A stretch of 64,000 nucleotides of DNA from Octopus vulgaris (lineage: Eukaryota), in the NCBI GenBank assembly GCA_951406725.2, contig OX597814.1, positions 154,194,001 to 154,258,000 of the forward strand, written 5' to 3'. Of the stretch, positions 53,339 through 64,000 are shown piece after piece (the stretch's first letter is position 1; each line of letters begins with the position of its first letter). The position numbers and the translations under genes are program-made. Under the pieces are notes generated by a model that was not told the origin of the DNA, made no database searches, and saw nothing but the letters and a program-made list of their open reading frames with translations.

Positions 53339-55049
53339 TTACTTTACATACTTCCTCTCTACTCTCTTTCCCACTTCATGTCATAGAGTCCTATTCAACT
53401 TTCTCCAGTCCCACTGACCTCCACTTTAACCCTTTAGCTTTCAGATTTCTCTGTCATTCAGTTTAATTTGAATTACTCATGCATTACCTTGTAGCTCTGA
53501 GATTACAATGACATGATTGTTTATTTCTAGAATAATATTGTAGGGTAAGTGTGAGAGACCATATCTGGCCAGTTTGAACATAAAACAGATAGAATATTTT
53601 GGCTGGATATGGCCAGTTTAAATGCAATCTTTGACCAATTCTCAGCAAGCTTTCTCTATCATTCCTTTTCCCCCTCTTCCTTCCTCTCATTTGTATCTGC
53701 ATTTGTGAGAATGTGGGTTCTTTTGTCCCTCTCTTCCTTTTGCTATTCTTTCTAAATTCTAGCTCTGAACTTCATCTGACCTCTCCCTCATCATAGCCTC
53801 CCATTTTACTTAATCTCCTTGTTATAAACTGTAGTCTGCCTTTATCACCCCTTCCTTATTCTTTACTTTCCCCCTATCATTTACCATCTCACACCATCTC
53901 TCTCTCTCTCTTTCTCTCCCCTCCTTAATTTTATTACCATGTTCTTTTGCAATTTTTCACTACTTATGCTCAACCAATTTAACAAACTCTTATATAAACC
54001 CTGTTATTATTTAATTCCAATGGCACTCTTTAAAATAATTATCATTATTGCTTTTTATTGCCAAAAGAACAAAACAATAATTTAGAAATTTATTTGAACT
54101 TACAAAGAAGCAGAGACCAAATATTAATTATAAATATCCCCCCTCACACTGTAAAACCAAAAAACGACCAATTAGAAAGATTAAGAAAAAACAAAGGGGG
54201 AATATTAATTTGAGATGAAGGGCTCTGTCTAAACCATTAGAGATTTCTTTTCCATATGGCACTCAAAGAACATTTTTATTCTTTACTAAATTAACTCAAG
54301 TTAATGCATAACACCACTAGCTTCTCTCTTTTTTTCTCACTAACACACACATACATATAAGATAAAGTAAAATCATAAAATACCTGCACTTCACTCTGAT
54401 TAGTAAAACGTTAAAGCACAATACAAGACTAAAAGAACTGCATTACAAAATGCTGGAGGTAAAATAAATGATTGATATTCCAAAAGGCGAATTCAACAAA
54501 GAAGCCAAAATTTATAGGCAAAACAATGTTGAATTTCTTTAGTTTATATTTCAAAACTGACTTTAATAAACTATCTTTACTCATGCAGTGTTGTGACTGC
54601 TATGTAAATTGCATAATAAATTATCTGCAAATATGAGAAACAAAGCTTTTAGTAATCTCTCCAAGCCACCATATGCATGTTTTTCATAATTCTTTGAGGA
54701 CTTTCATATGGTTCTACTTGAGAAAGACTGGTTTTGTAAGCATTTATTATAACTTAAAGTTAGTAGTTTGAAAATTCTACCTCTATTTCCACGAGGACAT
54801 TGAACTTGCGAAACTAACAAAAAACCAGAAAGGTTTATATGCAAGTAACTTATTAGATACAAGATTATGACACAAAGTTAGTAACAACTGTAGAAGAGCT
54901 CTAATGAGAATAAGGAACAATCAACTAAATAAATTAGTAAACCAGTAAGAATTTATAATTAAAGTTTTCTAACAATAGTAGAGATGGTTGAAACAGCAAG
55001 TGTTAGATAAAATTCTTTTGACAGTCATTATTGTCTATGTATATCTATG

Positions 55050-55360
55050 TGGAGGCACAATGGCCCAGTGGTTAGGGCAGCGGACTTGCAGTCAGAGGAT
55101 CACGGTTTCGATTCCCAGACTGAGCGTTGTGGGTGTTTATTGAGCGAAAACACCCAAAGCTGCATAAGGCTCCAGCAGAGGCTGGTGATGACCCCTGTTG
55201 TACTCTTTCACCCCAACTTTCTCTCACTCTTTCTTCCTGTTTCTTGAGTAACGCTGTGATGGACTGGTGTCCCCGTCCAGCTGGGGGGAACACATACACT
55301 ATAGAAACTGGGAAACCGGGCCCATGAGTCTGGCTAGGCTTGAAAAGGGCGCATAAATAA
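55050..55360 (+). mobile_element. SINE family C variant (shared head and tail, different middle)
   Basis: GGAGGCACAATGGCCCAGTGGTTAGGG..GGTTTCGATTCC; tail CCAGCTGGGG..ACCGGGCCC..GGCTAGGCTTGAAAAGGGC. Confidence 0.7.
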
Positions 55361-57435
55361 ATTTAAAAACAATGTATATCTATGATCAAAAGGGTCCCAG
55401 GCTTGACAATAATACCATGTTAAAACACATAATGTATCTAGGACTACATTATTTATCAAATGAATCCCTCTGTTTAAAGATAGCAGAGGGAGATGTGGCT
55501 GCTATTTTAAAGATAGCAGAGGGAGATGTGGCTGCTATTTCTAGAAAGTTGACTGAGCATTAAAGGCAACCTTATTAACCTTACAGTATTCTTATAGCAT
55601 TTATTTCAAGTCAAAATAACCTCAAAATTAATTTGTCTTGTCATTTCCCTGGGGTTTGGTAACATATAAATAGAATACACTGAAGTAACTGCCACACCCT
55701 TACAAATGTTGAGTGAGCACAGACCAAAAGAAACTAATATCAAAGTTCCCCATAGTTTTGAATCTCAGGTCAATTTAGGTTGAAGCTCAATCATTGAAAC
55801 CCATATTGTAACACTGAACTTCAATAGGGTCAACCACAACAATATTTTTACCTCAAATAAACAGCAGTTTTAAGTGTGCAAGATTTTTGTATTTGAACTT
55901 TTCAGATAAGTTTGTTAATCTTTTTTTTTTTTCTAAAGGAACATTGTTTTTCAACTAAAATAATATTTGATTGTTTAAAGAAATAGGCTTGTCTTTTTAA
56001 CTTTATTTTCATTTAAATAGTTGATCATATTGTTACCATATTTCAATGGAAATATGTTGTTCTTTCTTCAGTTGATTTTGAAAATAATAAAGGATGAAGA
56101 GCAAAAAAAAAAAAACCCTAAGAATAAAGAGTTAAGGACAAAAAAAAAAAAAACTAAAAATTTTGAAGGAAGGTTTTAATTTAGATTACATTAATACAGG
56201 AAAGCTAGTATCATAGAAGCAGGGGCAATCTCAGGTAATTTGTTATCTAAAAATTCATGTACCTGATGAGAAAACATCAAGTTAGACAGTTGAACAATTC
56301 TTTTAAACTCATTTTCTTAATCAGTTACTTTTCCTTTGAGATATCACAAAACATCATCCATATGATACAGGTATTCATTTATGAAAGCAATTTTCTACTT
56401 TTTTTATATACATCACTGACAGCCATATGATCTATAATCTTTTCACTTGAAATAAATATAAAAAAAAAAAACTCAGGAATACTTCCTGATAAAGGACCAT
56501 GAATGTGTTCTTTCATGAGGAAGTTGCCCAGATCAATCAGATTAATAATATAAAAGGCTCGTTTGAGACATTTTTAATCTAATTTCTACTGTAGCTTAAC
56601 TACTGTAACCTATATACATAATAAAGCTTCTATTTCCTGGTTTCATACCACTAAAAAAAAATCTTGAAAGCTCCTGGGGGAGAAGGAGTGACATGTAGTT
56701 TATTTAATCCCACAGAACATCAGGACTCTAAACCATTTAAGTCTTGTTCTTTCCATATTTCTGAGAGATGCTGCTGCAACTCAATATTTTTAAATCAAAA
56801 TTTTGAATTATTGAGTAAAATAATTTTTTTTTTTTGCAATTAAGCTGGTGTTTAGAATATAACAACAAAGGGTCCTGACATAAAACTACGCCAGAAGGTT
56901 TAAATCTAAATATGGAAATAGGCACAGGCATAGCTGTGTGGTTAAAGAAGTTTGCTTCCTGATCACATGATTCTAGGTTCAGTCCTGCTGTGGCACCATG
57001 GGAAAGTGTCTTCTACTATAGCTCCAGCTCAACCAAAGTCTTGTGAATAGATTGAAGGGTAAAGAGTAATGACCCCCTTCAATCATGAATGACCATGAGA
57101 TTGCACCTACAAAGTTCCCCCTCCAAGGCACAAGTTCAGGCAAATTTGTTTTATGGAAGACCAGCAGATGACCATGCATACCATTCTTCCCTCTCCATGC
57201 CACCGATGTTATCCAAGGGAAAGGCAAAGGCTGATACAGCTTAGCACCTGTGATGTCGCAACTCATTTCTACAGCTGAGTTAACTGGAGCAATGTGAAAT
57301 AAAGTGTCTTGCTCAAGAACACAACACACAGCCCGGTCCAGAAATCAAACTCAAAGCCTCATGATTGTGAGCCTGATGCTCTAACCACTGAGCCATGCAA
57401 GTGGATTATGTAGACAGAAATTCAAAAATTCTGTC

Positions 57436-57476
<41 letters not shown>

Positions 57477-58318
57477 GTGTGTGTGTGTATTAGTATCACA
57501 TTGCCTTCATACTGTGTATTAGTGGTAAATGATTGTCACTGTCATACAAGCAGTGTAATTTATTTCCAATACTCTGCAGAAACATATCTGGACATGGAGA
57601 AATATTACCTTGCTTGGAAACAGATGAAGGTTGGTGACAGGAAGGGTATCCAGCTGTAGAAAACCTGCTACAAAAACTCCATCCGATACATGCAAGCATG
57701 GAAAAGTGGACATTAAATCTATGATGAAAGCAATAAAACAAGTTTTGCATCATAGAAGCAAAGGTGATCTCAGATGGGTTGGTACCAAAGGAATTAACAA
57801 AACTCATTGGTAGCCGATTTCTGAAACTGGATTTAAGAATCTATGTTGAGAAGTAGGGATGTGATCTACAGAGGACCAGCTTCATTTTGATGTATGAATC
57901 ATGTTCCTGTGTTGGTAATTAATACCTGTCCTAAACAAAATAGCATTACTTTTTGACTCACCCTCATATAATAGGTACAAGGCCTGAAATTTGGGGGACA
58001 GGTTAAGTTGATTACATAGACCCCAGTACTCAACTGGTACTTAATTTATTGACCCTGAGAGGATGAAAGGTAAAGTCGATCTTAGAGCAATTTGAACTCA
58101 GAATGTAGCGACAGTCAAAGTACCGCTATGCATTTTGTCCATCATGCTAACAATTCTGCCAGCTCGCTGCCTTGTTCTGCTGGAAATAATAGCTAAATTC
58201 TTTGAAATCACGACTCTATACTCTTCTAAATAAAACAGACATTTTGGGCAATATCTTTGATATACAAAAAACAGGATTACTAAAGCTGGACTGCCTTGTT
58301 ATTGCTGTTGTTGTTTAA

Positions 58319-58539
58319 CCCTTTTGTTACCGCATTTATTTTGAGATACTCTGTTTTTGTTTCAATTACTTTAAATATAATAAAGACTTTAGTAAAATAA
58401 CTTGGTTATCATTAAGCTAGTGTTAGGAACATAAATTGTGACTAAGATTTGGTGGAAGATTTTAATTCAAAACTTATGAAAACAAGACATTTGTACTACA
58501 AAACTAGAGGCAGTTTCAGCAGAGTTGGTAACGAAAGGG
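58319..58539. mobile_element. piggyBac-type MITE
   Basis: TTAA|CCCTTTTGTTACC...GGTAACGAAAGGG|TTAA. Confidence 0.85.
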
Positions 58540-60023
58540 TTAACCTATCAAATGATCTAGGGGATAAAAAAACCCACCACAATAATAGATATGTAAAGTT
58601 AGATGAAAATGAATTCAAACAAGAGAATTCTGAAATATTTGTGCTTCCATCTACCTATGTCACCATTAAAAAGTAAGGTTGACTTATTATTCCCTGAGGG
58701 ACAAAGCAAGTTCAGCAGGAATGGGGAAAAAACTAAAATAAAATAAATCCTTAGTGCTTTCAGCCTGTCTAAGACAACCCTTGATTCTATGATACAACTT
58801 CCTCTTTTAAAGTGATCTCAGTTAAACCTTCCATCAAAATTTCATATTAATTCATGTTCCAAACATCAATTTAAGAATCATAAAACTATTTTGATAAATT
58901 CTTTATTATTTGCAAAATTAATGGAAGCTAATGCAGAATATTTCAACAGAAATATGGTAAGAAAAAGGTTAAAACTGATTTTTCATGCTAACATATCCAG
59001 GAATCCAAAGAAACTGATGGAGAAATTATTATATCAATTTCACTACAGTTTCAGATACATTCATCTTTCTTGTACAATCCCAGTAGCAGAGAAACAATTA
59101 ACTTTTACCAATGAACTGTGCCATTCCTTCTTTATTCAAGAATCAATGAATCAACCTTTGACTCACCAATACAATTCATCCCCTCTATTAACAAACTATA
59201 AGCAATGAACTGTAGATTCTGTTACACTTAGTCATTCATACCGTGCTTCTGCACTACTTCTCTTATCACTTCGAATTGAACAGTTTCTTATAAAAGAAAC
59301 ACTTGTATTCCACCAACTTAAAGTCAGAATTATTTTTTTCCACATTTGAAATGCTCTTTGAGACATAAAAATACATTTTACTAGTGTTTATATTTATGTC
59401 CAGTGAAGAGAAAGGACGCCAAGCTGTTAAAATCTCTGATTTCCTTGAATAACTCAAGCTGATTTGTCACTTGGTAGTCTAAATTTGGTATATAGTTTGG
59501 AGCCTTAAAGTTCAGCAAATGTTAACTCATTGTTGGCAGATCCTGATAAAATATTTTCTCCTCTCCTCCTTACTATCTAAGATTACACACTAACTATACC
59601 ACTCTAGGGCTGACTTGGGATTGTACAATAACCAGTTTTGACTGAATTTCAAACATTTCTCGGCTGTATTCAAGTACTTTTTGCCTTCCATTTTTATTTA
59701 GGTAATATTGTCATTTTTTTTCCATACTGACTTGGTAACTTCTTTGGATTTTAAGAGTTATAAGTGAAGATGAGCAAAAGAGAAAGAGAGAGAAAGAGAG
59801 AGAGAGAGGAGTGTATGTGTGTGTTAGCAAGCATGAGGAGAGAGAGATTTATGAAGAGAATGTGTATGCTAATATATAATTTTCACTTTTAAATTATGCT
59901 GAATTTAAAAGGATAATCTAAAACAGTGGGTCCCAAATAGTGTGTCACAGTGTGTAGTTGTATGACTGTGCCACAAGGAGTAAGCGTCCAGGTGAGCTTT
60001 GGATTTTGAAAAATACAGTTTAA

Positions 60024-60245
60024 CCCTTTCATTACCGTATTTAGTTTGAGATGCTCTGTGTTTCTTTCAATTAATTCTAAATATAACAAAGAATTTAGTA
60101 AAATAGCTTAGTTATCATTAAGCTAGGGTTGAGAACATAAATCATGACTAAAGTTTGGTGGAAGATTTTAATTCAAATCAAAGGAAAACAAGACATTTGT
60201 ACTACAGAGCCAGAGGCGGTTTCAGCTGGGTTGGTATTGAAAGGG
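60024..60245. mobile_element. piggyBac-type MITE, second copy
   Basis: TTAA|CCCTTTCATTACC...GGTATTGAAAGGG|TTAA; colinear with 58319-58539. Decayed relatives near 44650, 46400, 46850, 56050 and 58850. Confidence 0.85.
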
Positions 60246-60424
60246 TTAAGGCATTAGGAGATCCATAACAATGTTTGGGCATGATGGAGACTGTGTAATT
60301 CATAATCCTGTAATACACAAGCATGCATATAATACTTTGTATTATATTCATACTATACACATATACATGTATTGTACACAAGTAGGCATAGCTATGTGGT
60401 TAAGAAACTGACTTTGGAACTATG

Positions 60425-61035
60425 TGGTTGTTCCCTGTTCAAGCATTTCGCACATCTCATAACAAAGGTCTCCAGTTTATTATCTACATTATTTCTGATG
60501 TGAATTTTACCATTTTTAGTGGTTGTCATCAGCTGTTGATAATTTGTAATTCTTTAATTATCTTCCTGAGATTTGATGACTGATGTAAAATTGGAAGGTG
60601 TTGGTTAACTGAATGCAAGATGTGGTTTCTAGAATTATGAGTGATTACAAACGGAATATTTATATTTGTGTTGGTAAACATATAAAGCACTGGTGATGAT
60701 GTCACATAAATAACACCCAGTACACCCTGTAAAGTGGTTGGCATTAGGAAGGGCATCCAGCTAAAGAAACCATACCAAAACAGACAACTGGAGCCTAGTT
60801 CAGCTCTTTGGCTTGCCAGCTCCAGTCAAATTGTCCAACCCATGCCAACATGGAAAATGATGATGATGATGATGATGTATTTGCTTTTACCATCAGTGTG
60901 AGAGTTTCTCCATGAGGTTGGGATTTCTTTTATTTTGATTATGGCATGATTTAAATTTTTAGGGTATTTTTGTCTATGAAGGAACATATTTAGTTCTACC
61001 AGTTGTTTTTCACTATGTCCATAACTATTGAACAT
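60425..61035 (-). mobile_element. Penelope-like relic (post-RT thumb/linker), interrupted by an RTE-tail repeat at ~60686-60878
   Basis: LVELNMFLHRQKYPKNL..AIIKIKEIP, then IPFVITHNSRN..LPILHQS..IINS and GDLCYEMCEMLEQG. Confidence 0.65.
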
Positions 61036-61044
61036 ATATGTCTT

Positions 61045-61660
61045 GCCGTATCAAAGAAAAATATAATGCAGGTAACAAACTGTGGAGATCATCATTGTGG
61101 AACATGTGAAATAATTGAATAGGGAATAATCAAAAGATTGAAGAATGGGAAGGAATTGAAGGTGAATGCAAACATAAATTGTAAATCAAAAGATCTCATT
61201 TACTACATCACATGCCAACAATGCAATGAAAATTATGTCAGCCAAATAGGAACAAGATTAATACATTGCATTGTTCCATGTAGTGAATATCTAGACATTA
61301 GTGCAAATGGAAAATTCAGAATACTACCTTAGTTTTAAAATAATAAAGGAAAAAAAATGATCAACTACTAAAGGCCAAAGAAGAACATTGTTACTAAAAG
61401 CATGTTCCTCTACACAGATTACCCTTTAACAGGTGTGCCTGAAAAAATTAACAACAAAAGTGCTTACACACACAATACAAAAGCTTCCTTCCAAAAGGTT
61501 TGTGTTATTTTGTTTTCCTAAGATTTTAAGAAATAGTTAATAATTTTTAAGAAAATTTTTCTTCATATATATATGTAAATGATCTCTTGGATATTGACTG
61601 ATGAAGAATTAGCTACAAATTTTGTGTGTTATGGCTTTGTCAAATTTTTTTGTTAGTTTT
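61045..61660 (+). mobile_element. Penelope-like relic: Cys linker plus GIY-YIG endonuclease
   Basis: VTNCGDHHCGTCEII*...NINCKSKDLIYYITCQQCNENYVSQIGTRL; CTGATGA at 61598-61604 downstream. Confidence 0.75.
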
Positions 61661-61699
61661 TGTTAAATTTTCCAGTTGTTATGTTATTATAAAAACCCT

Positions 61700-61739
<40 letters not shown>

Positions 61740-62022
61740 GCATATGGAGATGATGACAAGTGATCATGACCTTTAGTGATTTGCAGTGCTTGAGAAGACT
61801 CATCAAGTGAAGTGAAATTGTAGCTGTGGCCAGTGACACATAAAAGGCAACCACTGCACTCTCAGAGTGGTTGGCGGTAGGAAGGGCATCCAGCTGTAGA
61901 AACCTTGCCTAATCAGATTGGAACCTGGCACAGCACCCTGGGTTACCATTTCCAGTCAATCCATCTAACCCATGCCAGTATGGAAAGTGGATATTAAATG
62001 ATGATGATGATGAAGAAAGATA

Positions 62023-62070
<48 letters not shown>

Positions 62071-63020
62071 GTATGTATATATATATATCATCATCATCAT
62101 CATCATATAACGTCCGCTTTCCATGCTAGCATGGGTTGGACGGTTCAACTGGGGTCTGGGGAGCCCGAAAGCTGCACCAGTCCAGTCAGATCTATATATA
62201 TATATATAGAAAGATAGATAGAGATATATAGAAATAGATATACAGATATAGATATATGTGCCTCTGTTACTCATTCCTCTATGGTGTCAGTGTGACCAAA
62301 GATAGCAACAAATCTCTCCTCCTCATCATACCATGCTTCCAGTGTAACTAGGAATGTCACTGGAATTATTTGACCATCTCATCTCTCCAGTAAGCAAGTT
62401 ATAATGACATTACCGTCATAGTGAGGATTGTGCTGAACAACAGGCCATGTCGAATGTTAGAGACTTCCATGTCTTAATAAATAAAAATTGCTGACTGCTG
62501 AACTGTATTGATGTTTATTGATTAGTAGAAATGCAAGATCAAATTAAGGATCTACCAAAGCTCATGAGGGATAGAGGTTCTTGGCATGGCATTGTGAAAT
62601 GCATCGTGGCTGTGGCCACTTGAAGAAGAATTAAAATATTTTACAAAATTTTGGATTCCAACACAAAGTTTTATGTTATATTTTGAAGAGTTCTGCAATG
62701 TGATGAAGTGGCACATTTATTTATGTGTGGTAAAAATGGCCCTGAGTGTGTGTCTGTGTGTGTTCTTATATATTTATTCAAATAAATAACACATGGCAAA
62801 TGCTGGAATCATCACCATCAGCTACATAAAACAAAGTGGACTGAAAAATAATGCGAGGAATTAACGTGAAAAAACATGAGTTATCTGAGACTTGCTTGTA
62901 CAATGATTTGCAATAATTTGCAGTTCTGTTAGCAATTTCAGCATGTTGGTAATAGACATGCTGCAATTGCAGGAGTGATAATATATCCTCAAGAAATATT
63001 ACAGAACATAAAAACGGAGG

Positions 63021-63058
<38 letters not shown>

Positions 63059-63773
63059 GAGAAGGAGAAAGGCAGTTAAAATAATGGATAGAAAGAAAGA
63101 TACAAAGAAATTAATCACACAAAAAATAGTTATTTTTATAAAAATGATTTATGTATAAATGCTATTAAGATTGGTTGATAGCTAGAATGAAAAGTAAAAA
63201 GGCAGGAGAACAATATCAATATTATGTTTCTGTTCCAGTTCAGTAAATAGCTGGTTGTTTTCATATATACTATACATGATGCTATATTATGGATTGCTGA
63301 GACTAGTTATGTTGGATATAACATGACTTACTTCATCACTGAAATTTTGAATATTAGTCAAGTTAGAAAATACCCATTTGATTATATTTTAAACAAATAA
63401 CATAATTTAAGTATTACATCTCAAACTATGCTCAGTGCGGCAAGAATAATGTCTAAAGTCATTCACTTAATGCAGTAGTTTCCAATGTTTACTATGAGAT
63501 GTTGCTAAGATGCATGGTGAAAGTAAATAAAACTGTTTTTGAAACAATGTGAAAATTACTAGACTAGACTAGAACTATAAGTATAAAGTCTTGATAACTT
63601 GGCTTCATTTACTGAATAAAGAAAAAAATTACCTAATAATTTTCAGAGGTTTAGATTATATTTACAGACTTGCATATAAATGTTAAATGAGGTTATTAAT
63701 CTAAAAGTTAGTTTAAGAATAACAACAGAACATTTACTGATGGGGTGACTTGACTCAATAATGTGATAATAGG

Positions 63774-63817
<44 letters not shown>

Positions 63818-63902
63818 AGAATATTGTAGTTTGCATGAAGTATTGAAGAAGGGAAAAAGGGAAAATAGGAAAGCTTCTGACGATGTGAAAAGTTTCACAA
63901 AA

Positions 63903-63940
63903 CCTTTATATTTCGGGCGCAAAGGCCCATCCTCAGAAGA
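63903..63940 (-). ncRNA. Candidate minimal type I hammerhead ribozyme (Penelope-type)
   Basis: UCUU-CUGAGGA-U-GGGC-cuuugc-GCCC-GAA-AUAU-A-AAGG: intact core, stems I and II pair, palindromic stem III. Confidence 0.6.
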
Positions 63941-64000
63941 AAAACAGTCTGGGAAATGTCTAGTTATATAGCTTCTGTTAACCTATTCAAATTCTTCAGT

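Noticed and set aside
54380-54450. GCAG|gtattt donor as candidate for the missing exon 2
   Set aside because: The required phase-1 frame contains TAA and TGA, with no WKxRW-like peptide.
59150-59545. Unique-looking minus-strand segment after an atcag acceptor-like site
   Set aside because: No sustained frame or DOK7 similarity; could be non-coding exon sequence but unsupported.

Overview
AT-rich, repeat-dense eukaryotic DNA; the SINE/LINE families and microsatellites resemble an octopus/coleoid genome (inference). One protein-coding gene is supported: a minus-strand DOK7-like PH+PTB adaptor with six exons (42445 to 25148). All junctions are GT-AG and phase-consistent, giving about 1,517 aa; the first two small exons were not found. 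The DOK7 head carries a ~1,330-aa tail with IRS/Gab/FRS2-type phosphotyrosine motifs, unlike vertebrate DOK7. The rest is transposon-derived: CR1-type and RTE LINE fragments, Penelope-like GIY-YIG relics, tRNA-SINEs, Helitron/mariner/piggyBac non-autonomous elements, and palindromes, several with minimal hammerhead-ribozyme cores. All alignments were done by eye and repeat boundaries are approximate. Most short ORFs are spurious.
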